A program made the translations under genes and the position numbers. This document shows, in pieces, positions 51,041 to 63,469 of a stretch of 64,000 nucleotides of DNA. Source of the DNA: Octopus sinensis (Eukaryota); NCBI RefSeq assembly GCF_006345805.1, contig NC_043016.1, forward strand, positions 20,832,001 to 20,896,000, in the 5' to 3' direction. The notes beneath the pieces are model-generated. The model was not told the origin of the DNA, made no database searches, and saw nothing but the letters and a program-made list of their open reading frames with translations. How positions within the stretch are numbered: position 1 is the stretch's first letter; every line of letters starts with the position of its first letter.

Positions 51041-53266
51041 TGCTCTTCCACAGAAAGGTACACAGAAAGAAGCAAGGAGAGAAAATAAAGAATGTGTAGT
51101 GGCTAGAGATTTAAATTGGCGAATGCCATACAGAAGGGTCACACAAGAAAGCTAGGGAGAAAGAGAGGTAATAAAGTAGTGCTGGTGCCAAAATGGAGGT
51201 GCACGTGTGTGTATATGAGAGTTTCTATGTGCATGTGTGCTGGTGATCTTGATGTGTGTATGTGTAGGTGTGAAAATGTTGGTCTGGGAAGTGGTCAGTG
51301 CTGATGTGTGCATGGTGGTGTGATGTGTTGTGGTATGGTGGTGTAAGGTGTTGTGGTGTGGTGTGATGGTGTTGGGAGGCGGGGAGGCTAGAGTGGGGAA
51401 AGCAAGGGTAGGGGTGGGTTAGGCTGAGAGTGGGGGTAGAGGTGGGATATTTGGGTAGGCAAAGGGTGGGGGTAGAGGCAGAGTATGTGGGATGGTTGTA
51501 AGGGATGGGTGGGGTGGGATGGTGAAGATAAGGAAGGTGGGGTGGTTTGTATAGGGGTGGGTGGGCTTACGAGGGAGGGGTGATGGTGAAGGGGAAGGAG
51601 AAGGTGGGTAGGAGTGAAGAGAAGAGAGGAGAGTAGGAGTGAAGAGAAGTAGGAGTCAGAGCAAGAGAGGAAAGGTGAGTGGAAGGAAGTGGGTGTGACA
51701 GGGAGAGAGGCAAGGGCAAGAGGTTAGATGAAGAGGGGAGGAGAGTTGAGCCTATGTATCACAAAGGAGCGAAGAGAGAAGATTAATCCCTGTTCACGGC
51801 GCAAACAGGAGTCCAGATGGCCCCTCTGCAAGGACAATCCGAACAAGGACAGGTGTTGCAAAGAGCGGAAATGGTGTGAGACTAGGGTGTCATTGCTGAA
51901 TTGTATGTCTCGGAGATGTTCCGCAAACCAGTCAGCCAAGTGGTGTCCCATTTGCCCAATGTATAGAGAAGGGCAGAGAGCAGGAGACGCAGTAGATGAT
52001 ATGAGTAGAAGTGCAGGTGAAGGAGTCGGTGATGTAATAGGGTCGATGATGGGTGCCAGTGAAGAAGGTGGTGTTGGAGAAGTAAAGGCAAGTGCGGCAG
52101 CATGGGTGGGAGCAAGGGAAGGAGCCAGGTTTGGAGGTTGGGTTAGGAAAGAAGCTGTGGAACAAGAGGTCTCATAGATTGTGGGCTTGTTTGAAGGAGG
52201 GGAGGGGTCAGTTAGGAAAGATGTGCGAAGTGGAGGGATCAGACTGGAGTTGCTGGGTGGCTCGGAGAATGGTGCGTTGGAGAGGTAGGGTGGTGGGGTG
52301 GTAGGTGAGGGGAAATGGAAGGCAGGAGACAGCAGGGTGGGTTCAAGGGAGAGAGCAGATGTATGGTCCATGGAACATGCTCTGGCAAGGGTGGTGTGGA
52401 TAGTGGTGAGGGGATATCCACGTAGGATGACGTGGTGAGCCATGAGTTGAGACTGAGTCTCAAAGTCATGGTCGTCACTACAGAGCCTGTGTAGACAGAG
52501 GAATTAGGAATAGGGGATGGAAAGCTTGGTGTGTTTAGGGTGAGAAGAAAAGAAGTTGAGCTATGAGTGAGAGTCTGTATGTTTGTAGTGGATGGAGGTG
52601 GTGAGAGTGGAGTGATGAATGCTGACCGAAATGTCAAGAAAGGAGACAGAGGTATCAGAGATAGTGCAGGAGAAGTGGAGGGTAGGATGGAAAGATTTGA
52701 CAAAAGAGAGGAAGGAGTCTAGATGTTCGCAGGAGCGTGAGTTTGCACCGATACACTCATCATTATAATGGCCGTATAGTTTGGGAGTGGGACCAGTGAA
52801 ACTTGAGAATATTTGGGCCTCAATGTAGCCAACGGACAAGTTCACATAATTGGGGCCCATTCTTGTTCCCATGACCACTTCCAAGACCTTCTTGTAGAAA
52901 TCACCTGCAAATCAGAAGCAGTTGAATGAGAGGACAAGTTCGGCCAGATGAACGAGTGTGGATGTGTCAGGTTGGGGGTTGGGTCAAAGGTCAAGGAAAT
53001 GTTGGAGTGCACACAGCCCCTCGTGGTGAGGGATCACCATGTGAAGGCTCTAGATGTCAAGGGTGAAGAGAAGTTTAGTGGGGCCAGGAGGGAAGGAGAA
53101 AGTGTTGAACAAATGAAGCGTGTGGTTGGTGTCATGGATGTTAGAGGAGAGGGAAGCCACTAGGGGGACAAGGACATGGTCAAGATATCTGGAGATAAGT
53201 TCAGTGGGGCAGTTGCAGGTGGAGACCAAGGGGTGGCCAGGGTTGTTAGGTCTGTGGATTTTGAGG
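51041..53266 (-). mobile_element. Penelope-like element, 5'-truncated (RT plus GIY-YIG endonuclease plus 3' region)
   Basis: MGTRMGPNYVNL, FLDISVSI...TSIHYKHTDSH, and TCTSTHIIYCVSC / LYIGQMGHHLADWFAEHL. Confidence 0.93.
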
Positions 53267-53393
53267 AATGTATGGTGAATTTATGGAAAGAAGTCTCATA
53301 AAACTCATCAATTTATTTAAAAATGGAGGAGATAAATTGTTAAATAAATTGATGAGTTTTACAGGACTTCTTCCCATAAATTCACCATACATT
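53267..53393. repeat. Near-perfect hairpin: 54-bp arms, 19-nt loop
   Basis: 53267-53320 versus 53340-53393, about 4 mismatches. Confidence 0.92.
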
Positions 53394-53533
53394 ATATACA
53401 AGTATTACTTTCGTATCCTTGCAAATTTACCCCTGCAAAGTATAAAGTATCAATATTAGAAATCTTTTTGGGAAACCTCCAAATTAAAGGACGAATTTAC
53501 TTTCAACCCTTTTTACACACACACACACACACA

Positions 53534-53592
<59 letters not shown>

Positions 53593-54949
53593 GTGTGTGT
53601 CTTTGAGTCTGTGTGTATTCCTCCACACTGCTTGACAACCAGTGTTGGTGTGTTTATGTCCCTGTAACTTAGCATTTCTGCAAAAGAGACCAATAGAATA
53701 AGCACTAGGCTTCAAAAGGTAAGTCCTATGGGCAATTCATTCAACTAAAGTATTTTACAGGTACTGGTTGAGAGAGCGACTGTCTCAACTGGCACTGAGG
53801 TGAGAGAGTCAATTTGGGTTTAAAAAATCCTAAATATTAAATATTAATCTACTTTTAATTCACCTGAAGAAAACTTTTTTTTTCATAATGTAAATTGAGT
53901 TGTTCCTGAATTAAAAACATGTCTGAAACAGCTGTATTGAACCTCAGCCCATTTATGTTAATATCAGAACAATAAAAAAAATTTGTATCCTCACACATTT
54001 GCCGAATCCCAGGCAAAATCAAAGTTATGAGTGTCCTCAGTGTGACTTTATGTCAAAATCCATACCTGGACTCAAATTACATTCATGCAATCATCACAAA
54101 TAGATGCAACTTCTTTTATTCTTTTATTTTAAAGTTGCTTTTTTTTTTTGTCTCACTTTTTTCTTTTCTTTAAATTCTCTTCTTCAAACAATCATCAGTC
54201 AAAATTGACAGGAGTGACTATCATGCGTGAGTATGTGTGTGCGTGCAAACACACACATGTGCATGTGTGTGTCTTTATGTCAGTCTTTCACCATTGCCTC
54301 ACAACTGATGTCGGTTTGTTTACTAAATTTACATGGATTTGTTTGACTAATCCCTTCAATTCTAAAAACTAACACAAGTAAAAAGTAAGAGGTAAAAAAT
54401 GTGACAATTGAATAAAATCTTCCTTGACAATAGAAACATGCATTCAGTTGAATTTATATGCCAATGCTTTGCTTGCTGATATTTTACATGCTTGAGTTGT
54501 CAAATAATTGCTTTTGTACTCCTTCCTAGTGATAAAAACAAATTGTCTGTTTTACCAGTTCATACATGTTGGGAATCTCATTTACATTTGGGTAATTGTG
54601 TGAATATATTTGGAAGGAAAGTTCTCCAATTTTGGGGGATGTGACCTTGGATCTCTGCAATAGATTGATTTACTCGTTAGAAACCCAGATGAGACCATTA
54701 ATTTGTAAATAAACTTTTGAACTATTTGAACAATATACAAAAAAGAAAACAAATGGTCAAAAACATCTCATTGAGATTATTTCAGTTGGCAGCTAACTAA
54801 CTAGCAGATATTCAAGGATTATTCAGCCTACAGCAATGAAACACTGGATCATAGTGATTTTAAGGAGAGACTGTATTCTATTAATGAGCTTAAAGTTAGG
54901 AAGAATAGAACAAGCTTATTGTTAGGTATAACCATTGGATTTTGATATG

Positions 54950-55705
54950 AAAAGTATGGACCCTACCCACTCTTTGCTGCACCACAGATTCCAAGCTAGG
55001 GCAGAGATTTGCAAAATAATCACCCTTCAAAACTCTTGCAGTTTATTTCAATTGGCTCACAGTGTGCCCATTGACATTGGCTTCCATACAATTGTACAGG
55101 CATCTGGCATTTGGTAAGCTTTCTCTTATCAGACTCCCCCCATGTGCAGGGCACAAAACTTTGAGCAAGATGATGTGCTAGCATACCCAGGCATTCAAGT
55201 GACCAGACAACCTAGATTCATGGTCTTTTCTGATTTTGTGGATAAACTGTTCTATCAATATTGAGATGACGGTTTGGGGATAAAGTGAAGCAGAAGCATT
55301 CCATCACTTTCCCTCTCATCACCACAAAGGTTTTGATGATTTGAAGCTAATCTTTGTGTATGGGACGAGTTTCTCAGGCCTTGAAGGATACATCTGCCAC
55401 CACCAAATGGATGTCATTCCAATCAGATCATCTATAAAGGCTGTCACTGATGGTTGTTGCATGTCCATCAGAAGCTTTGTGTTCTACCTCTGCTAACTTG
55501 TCCATCTCGTTCATTTCAATGGCAAAAAGAATTACTGAAATAGCACTACCTTTGTCTGACCTGTGCCACTCTGATGCGGATCTAGAAATAATTCTCACCC
55601 TGAAGTTACAATAATAGTCCAGAATAAGGTTATTGATTTTGTTAGGAAAATGTTGTCTTTGAGGAGACTCTTCTGCTAGCCTGGATGGCATAGATCCACT
55701 GGCAT
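54950..55705 (-). mobile_element. Hero-like (R2-group) non-LTR retrotransposon RT fragment
   Basis: GSMPSRLAEE...NLILDYYCNFRVR...EWHRSDKG-SAISVILFAIEMN...KLAEVE...AFIDDL...GRCILQGL...SFKSSK...RGKV. Confidence 0.72.
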
Positions 55706-56229
55706 ATATATGCGTCTGTCTTCATACGTGCATGTATGTGACTTGGTGTATAAATCTATATGTATTTGTGTGTGTGTGTGTGTGTATTCACCTGTATGAT
55801 GTTGAAAACGGGATAAATGAACTGGTTGAGGTTGAAAATATAGGTTGCTATCCTTCTTACAAGTAGTTCTTTGCTATTGTTTTAGCTCTTTACACTAGTT
55901 ATTTGTGAGCAGGGTATGGTTTTTTTCTCTAGTTGCACTGTTGTGATTGATGTGATTGCTCCTTATATAATTACTTCTGATGCAACTGGCTGTTTAAGTT
56001 GTGATGCTACTAACACAGCTAATAGAAACGTTTACATTCTTTTTTATAAAACAGTATGTGACTTTTACAGCTGATGAGAGTAGAAAATTTCAAGCTATGA
56101 TATGTATTACTATTGGAGCAGGTTCTGCCTCAACTTATAATCTATTTTCTTTGAATGATGACATCAGTAAAAATCTGGTCAATCAAATTATAACAAACAT
56201 ATCCCAGAGTTTTGAGTGATAATGTTTAA

Positions 56230-58130
56230 CATACATCTACCCAAGTCAAATTTACTCTGGACGTCAGTAAAAGAGACTAGATCTGAAGACAAAGAGAGAA
56301 GAATTTGACTGGCAGATGATATGTCAGGAACTTAGTAATATGAGCAGCAAAGCATGACAGCTGGCAAATTCCTGATCTTGGCAGTAACCATATTCATGAG
56401 GGCCAAAATTGTCACTACTAACACCAGAATACTGATCACTTCAGGTGGTTCAGGTGAGAGGGCATGCGCCATTGTAGTGCTTGCTGCATTCATCATTTGA
56501 TGGTATATTCCTAGGTCCTCCCTCATGACCCATTGAGCAAAGTTCCAGTCATGCCCCATCTCTCCTAGATACCTCCTCATCATGGTCATGTTGGTTGATC
56601 ATATGACCATGTGTCATGTGGTTATCCAAAAGAGCTGTCAACTCAGTGAGATCTTCAGTGAAGAGACAATGGCAAGTAAGGTCTAACTTGGAAAATTGAG
56701 CAATATGGCTAAATCATACAAGTAAGAGACTGCATCCCAGCTTCTGGGTAGAGTCATTGGTTGGAACAAAACCAACCAAAAGACACCCATAATCCTGGCA
56801 CCAAAGGAGTTCAGGCAACTCCCAAAGACCCAGATAGTGTCCAGCTATAAGGTTGGACAGGCAGGGAGGACCAGAGACCTCAAGATCTGAACATTTGTCT
56901 TCCTGCATAGATATTGCCAGCAGTAAACACCCATGTCCAATGAGTCCATAGCTGCACCAGCTTGTCCAAATCCTTTTAGGACTTAAGATTCACAGCTAAT
57001 GCCACTATGAATCTCATTGTGATGTGGTAAACAAATTATAGTAAACAAAGTGGTAAACAAATTCAACATTCTCATTTGTGACAGTGACAGACAAGGTGGA
57101 GTCCTCCAAGAAGCCAATGAAGAACTGGATCTTTGTCTTGATCATCCAAGAAACTCTAAAGGCAAGTGGTTCTGCTTCCTCACTCAGTAAAAGGAAAGTG
57201 CTCCTTAAGACATCTAGAATTCAGCAACACTAACTGTGTCATTAGCAAAATCTAAGTCTATAATCCTAATTTCACTAGTGAGTGCACCACAACTCTATCA
57301 AGCCACCATTCAGCTGAGTATCCAGTTCATGCAAGCATTGAACCCCAGATCTAACTGGAAAAAAATCAAATGTTGAGCCCTTAATCCAAACCACACTGAC
57401 TGTTCCAGTGTACAAGGCTATCATCAGCCCAATCAGTTGAGGAGGTATACCTCACAGCTTCTGAATCCTCTAAAGCACATCCCTATCCACCAAGTCGAAT
57501 GCCTTGCAGAGGTCGACACAGACCCCCTGCCAAAAGCTCCACTTGTGTTCAATGTACACTTGTGTACATGAAGAGACAGGATCCTGTCAGTAGTTGACCT
57601 CTTTGGCATGAACACTGACTGCTCCAGCTGCTGAGATGCCAGCAGGATTATCTCTTTTCAGGATAATTCTGATAAAGACCTCACCAGGTACTGACAAGGG
57701 TGTAACAGCCCTGTAATTGTTGTGATCATTGCAGTCACCTTTACCTATCCAGAGTGGGATAATTATGCCCCTCTACCAGTCAAGCTGTATGATGCCACTG
57801 TTCCAAATTAAGCAAAAAACAAGACTTCAGCAGGCCAAACTTACTTAATCATCACCTCATGAACATCATGTTACCTTCCCATTCTTCAGATGATTTACTG
57901 CAACACGGAACTTGTCTTTGGATTGCAAAATCACAGCTGACTGGCTGGTTGTTACCAATGCTGAAGGCATAGTGGCATTCAGATCACTAAGTGGGTCCAC
58001 TTTATACAACTCATGAAAGTAGGAGGCCTCATACCATGAGCGCAGCATATTCATTACTTCAATAAAAATATTTCTAGCTTCTCCTAGGACCTACATATTT
58101 TTGGCCATGAACAGAAATCATCATTGTATC
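56230..58130 (-). mobile_element. Old RTE-type LINE (RT and 3' region)
   Basis: GIIIPLWIGKGDCNDHNNYRAVTPLSVPGEVF, STTDRILSL and VAVNHLKNGK. Confidence 0.85.
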
Positions 58131-58241
58131 ATGATTTTCTTTCCAAAGAAAAGTAATGTTCCATGTACATTCATACCAGTAAGAGAGGGGAACAACTAAA
58201 ACTGAAGATTACCATTTTCATTCATTTAAGGTCACTCACTT

Positions 58242-59083
58242 CATCATCATCATCGTTTAACGTCCGCTTTCCATGCTAGCATGGGTTGGACGGTTCAACT
58301 GGGGTCTGGGGAGCCCGAAGGCTGCACCAGGCCAGTCAGATCTGGCAGTGTTTCTACAGCTGGATGCCCTTCCTAACGCCAACCACTCCGAGAGTGTAGT
58401 GGGTGATTTTATGTGCCACCGACACAGGTGCCAGACGAGGCTGGCGAACGGCCACGCTCGGATGGTGTTTTTATGTGCCACCGACACAGGTGCCAGACGA
58501 GGCTGGCAGACGGCCACGCTCGGATGGTGTTTTTATGTGCCACCGACACAGGTGCCAGACGAGGCTGGCAGACGGCCACGCTCGGAGGGTGTTTTTATGT
58601 GCCACTGACACAGGTGCCAGACGAGGCGGCAGACGGCACGCTCGGACGGTGTTGTTACGTGCCCACAGCACGGAGGCCCGTCGATGTGGTACTGGCTACG
58701 GTCCCGTTCGGATGGTTTTCTTATGTGCCACCGGCACTGGTACCACAAGGATACAAATTCCATTGATGTTCATCTATTTGATTGGTTTGACTTGATTCGA
58801 TTTGACTTTGATTTGATTTGCCTCAACAGGTCTTCACAAGTGTCACAAGCAGGAAGGTATGCACAGGTGGACTGACTACGTCCCAGGTAGGGGCCACGGG
58901 TTATGGCTTCACTAGTCTTGCCGGGTCTTCTCACGCACAGCATACTTCCATAGGTCTCGGTCTCTGGTCATTTCCATGGTGAGACCTAACGTTCGAAGGT
59001 CGTGCTTCACCACCTCGTCCCAGGTTTTCCTGGGTCTACCTCTTCCACGGGTTCCCTCAACTGCTAGGGATTGGCACTTTCTC
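58242..59083 (-). mobile_element. Young 5'-truncated RTE with a 62-bp minisatellite in its 3' UTR
   Basis: The 5' end matches the ORF2 C-terminus of the long RTE (RGRGRPRKTWDE); units start at 58411, 58473, 58535 and 58597. Confidence 0.93.
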
Positions 59084-59739
59084 CTTATTGTTTATTTTTA
59101 CTCCATCAAAATTCAAGTAGTAAAGAAAAGACGATGTATCTTTTCTTAGTTTTAATACGCCATGTTCCAAGTTATGCATGAAACCAATTTTTTGCAGTGC
59201 ATCATTGTGCATTAGTTATGTAATTAAGTAATATTTTGTTCTCCATTGTGATAGTTGCCTGCTAATGAGGGAAATATGCTACATGATTAATGGTGAATGG
59301 TTATAATTGTTATTTGCATGTGATATAACGTCAACCTACTTCATGGAAAGAGCAAGTTTAAGTTGCTTTGCAATCCTCCCACTATAATCAAAAATAAATT
59401 CTAATTAACAGCCAAGAAACAAAATTTGAGAATGAAAGAAACTGTGCTTAACAGCACCATCCTGGAAAGTATTTATTGCACACAATATAGTAAGGGGTAG
59501 GGCAGTATCATCAGATTTAATCCTTTTCCTTTTCATCTTCTCTTCTTGATTTCTTCTCCTTTTCTCCTTGTTTTTTTTTCTTTTTCTCTTCTTTTTACTC
59601 TTCTTTTTTTTTCTTTTTCTTCTCATGCCTTTTGAATGTTTTGAACTTTTATACTCCGTATTTCATTACTTTGCCTTTCTTTCTCCCTTTTTTTTTTGTC
59701 TCCTTGTTCAATCATGCCTGATTACAAATCTTTCCTCTT

Positions 59740-62697
59740 CCACCTTCACCACCACCCAAGGAAACACCTTTCCATACTTTCTTTCTGCTGTTTTCAAACA
59801 TCTATCAATCTTTCCCTACTAATTTTCGAAAAAACACGGTTCTTTAGCTGTGTTTCATTTCTCAATCGCTGCCCTCACTACCACCTTATTCCCAAAGGTT
59901 TCCACCTCCATTTCCACCCCACTTTCTACTCTGCTTCTGCTATCCTACCCATGCTCCGTATTACTTCCAACTGCCTTGTGCCTGCCACCATTCATTCCAA
60001 TCTTTCCAAAATGCACACCTTCGACCACCTTCTCCCTCTCACTTATTCCATCTTTTTCTTCACTCTTTCACCTTCTTATGCACATTCTACTCTACACTAC
60101 ATAATCCATTAAATCATCTTTTTCACGAGTATTTCACTCACACAAAACAATGTAAACTCCACTCACTCCTTCATTCCATCACACCTGATGCCACAACCCC
60201 ACCCCTCCCCAATAAGCTTTCCCTTCATCCTCATCCCAACCCTTCCATTACACCAACCTTAACCCTCCTCTCTCTCTCCCAGCCTTCCGCTACCCCACCA
60301 TCCCTCCTACATCTAACTCATCCATCCCCTCCCCACTTTAGTCTTGTTACCATTCCTCCTGATCTTTCCTTCTCTGAGGCGGAGCGTTCTCTTCTCAGTT
60401 AGGGTCTGTGCTTTGTCCCCCCTCACTCCATCCAGTCACGAATTTTAGACCCGTGCTGATATTCATAGCTTTGTGCACCATCTCAGGCTATATGCACTAT
60501 TCCACAACACTCCATCTGCTTCTAGCGAAGAGTACTGTTTCACCGACCTGTGCTACCAACCATCCCACTGGACACCAGCCCCTGGCCAGTTCCAAGCAGT
60601 TGATCAGTTTGCGGGCATCTGCCAACGTGTTATGGACTGGTTTAACCTTTACAGGCATCCCTGACATCTGAACATCTCCCCAGCCAAACTCTTGCTCCTT
60701 AAATGTCTCTGATGCCACAAAAGCATTATCATAAAACCAGTCAACCATGATGGTGTGGCATGCAGACCTCTACAAGGATGAAGCTTTCCGTTAACCTTAA
60801 AACATCTTCTATCGCCTTCTGCCCTCCTACCCTATGCCTAGCTACCAACAGACTGTATCCTCCACTATCCATGACCTCATCTTCTCCTCCCATTTCCCTC
60901 TAACCTCATTATCTGCACTCCTTGCACCCCCACCATTTACTTCCTTCTCAAAATCCACAAGCCCAACAGCCCTGCCACCCCATTGTCTCTGTCTGTAACT
61001 GCCCCACTGAATTGATCTCGAAATACCTCAACTGTGACCTTGTCCCCACTAGTGGCTTCTCTCCCCTCACACATCCATGACACTAAACCTGTTCTTCGTT
61101 TTTAAACTCTTTCTCCTTCCCTCCTGGCCCCTCTAAACTTGTCTTCATTCTTGATATCAAGAGTCTATGTATGGTGATCCCACACACTGAAGGACTTCTT
61201 GCACTTAAACACTTTCTAGACCTTCGACCAAACCTGATGCCTCCACACTTCTTCATCTGGCTGAACTTGTTCTCTCCCTCAACTGCTTCTCGTTCGCAGG
61301 GAAGTTTTACCAAGAGGTCTCCATCGGTGCAGGCTTTGCAGTGACAACCATGACTTTGAGACTCAGTCTCAACTCATGGCTCACCACTTCATCCTTTGTG
61401 GATATCCTTCACCACTATCCATACCACTTTTGCCTGAACATGTTCTGTGGACCATGCTTCTGCTCTCACTCTTCACACCTGCCCCGCCATTGCCTGTCTC
61501 CTGTTTCCCTTCACCTACCACCCTTCCACTCTGCCCCCTCAAACATTCCATTTTCCAAGCCTTCCGGCAACTCCATTCCGACCCCTCCACTTCACACATC
61601 TTCCCCAACCTAATCCTTTCCTACTTCAAACAAACCCACAACCTGCATGACCTCCTGATCTACAGTTTCTTCCCTGACCCCACTGCTCAACTTGGCTTGT
61701 TCCCCTGCTCCCGCCCACTGTTACACTTGCCCTACCTCTCCAACACCACCGTCATCATCATCCCTATCATATCACTGACACCTTGACCTACATTTCTAGC
61801 AATGTCATTTACGGCATCTCCTGCTCTTTCTGTTCTTCTCTGTATATCAGTCAAACAGGACACCGCTTGGCTGACAGGTTCATGGAGCACCTCTAAGACA
61901 TTGGACTCAGCAATGACACCCCAGTCTTGCGCCATTTCCACTCTACTGGTCATTCATTACAACACCTATCTGTGTTCAGATTGTCTTTGCACAGGGGCCA
62001 TCTGGATTCCCACCTTTGCTATAAAGAGGAATTAATCTTCTCTCTTCACTCCTTTGCTCTACATGGGCTCAACTCCCCTCCCTTCTTCATCAGGCTACCC
62101 TCCTCTTCTCTCTTCATCTGACACCTTCTTCCTCTCTTCACTCCTACCTACCTTCTTCCTTCATTAACACACCACTCCATCAACACCCCATCCCCACATG
62201 TCCCACTCCCACATACCCCACCCCTACCTCATATCCTCAGCCCACCCTCATCCCAACACCGTCACACCACCCCACCCCACACCTCTCTGCACACAAGCAC
62301 TGACCACCTCTCAGCACCCACACCATCATCCACACACCCACACATTACAGACGCATGCACACACATATCTACACCTCAAAGTCACCAGCTCCTATCCACA
62401 TGCACACACACACACTCTCACATACACACATGTACGAGCACCTTCGTTTTGGGATTACCAGTACTTTATTATCTCCCCTTCTTCCTAGCTCTCCTGTCTA
62501 ACTACCATTGTCCAACCAGTCGCCATGATTGACTGCTAAATACACAAGCTTTATTTATTTTCTTTCTGTTTATGTCCTTGTGTTCCTTTCTGCTGAAGAG
62601 CTTAGGCTTGAAATGTAAAAGAGTTTCTCACCTTCCCCAGCATCACCTGCTTGTTGTTTATACACCTGTCTTCATCTTATGTTTTTCTGAAAATTTC

Positions 62698-62700
<3 letters not shown>
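59740..62700 (+). mobile_element. Near full-length decayed Penelope-like element with an internal RT deletion
   Basis: N-terminal FLNRCPHYHLIPKGFHLHF, VVWHADLYKDEA and LNCFSFAG, then a GIY-YIG region; homologous to 51041-53266. Confidence 0.9.
62583..62622 (+). ncRNA. Decayed minimal type I hammerhead ribozyme-like motif in the Penelope terminal repeat
   Basis: CTTT-CTGCTGA-A-GAGC-TTAG-GCTT-GAAAT-GTA-AAAG; the deviations in stems II and III are CpG-to-TpG changes. Confidence 0.5.
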
Positions 62701-62743
<43 letters not shown>

Positions 62744-62779
62744 ATATATACATACATAAAAAAAAATATATATATATAT

Positions 62780-62855
62780 ACATCACCCGGTCTGAGATTC
62801 GAACCCAGGATCCCTCGACTGTGAGTCCACATGCTCTAACCATGTTCCTCCACAT
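62780..62855 (-). mobile_element. tRNA-like SINE head
   Basis: Reverse strand TGGTTAGAGC...GGGTTCGAATCTC; no acceptor stem. Confidence 0.6.
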
Positions 62856-62882
62856 ATACATATATACATATTTGCATATACC

Positions 62883-62918
<36 letters not shown>

Positions 62919-63434
62919 TTTCCCTTTAGAGATAGTAGACCCCTTCATCTCACCATATAAAAAATAATTTTTATTTTAAATACCTACTGTTTTATAACTT
63001 GGCTTCATGTGTTTCATGAGGTACATTTCCCGGTTCCTAAACCACTCCATGTTTAGCTGGAACCCTTCTTAGAATGTAACCCCAATCATCAGTCTTTTAT
63101 ATCACTTTATCATCGTTCAATACTATAAACTATATTTTAATTTTTTTAAACCCATAAGTATGTGTAAAATAGGTATGTGTAAATTAGGTTCGCTGGACCC
63201 TACAGTACAAGCCATAATTCAGATAAAAATTCAAATAAAAAATTACAAAAATAAAATAAGAAATAAAAAATAAAAAAATGAAAATGCGAAAAAATACGAA
63301 AAATTTACAAAATCTATGTTAGTAATATATAGGGTTAAAAATAAAATATATTTGTATATAATTGTATATATAAAAGCACTAGGCAGTGTCTCATATTTTT
63401 GTTTGCCCACTCCAGTTGCATCTATCAATTTATC

Positions 63435-63469
<35 letters not shown>

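Noticed and set aside
58405-58700. CRISPR-like array of regularly spaced repeats
   Set aside because: Units are head-to-tail 62-mers without unique spacers, inside a eukaryotic LINE 3' UTR; no cas genes.
59405-59626. Lys/Arg-rich ORF MRRKRKKKKS...
   Set aside because: Product of a polypyrimidine low-complexity tract; no splice or homology support.
62780-62855. tRNA genes suggested by A/B boxes (also at 232, 11740, 14215, 21700 and 44660)
   Set aside because: No complete cloverleaf or acceptor stem; most continue into SINE bodies.
62920-63370. Possible mitochondrial insertion (very AT-rich, strand-biased)
   Set aside because: I found no mitochondrial protein or rRNA motif in any frame; left unclassified. 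BLASTn to a mitogenome would settle it.
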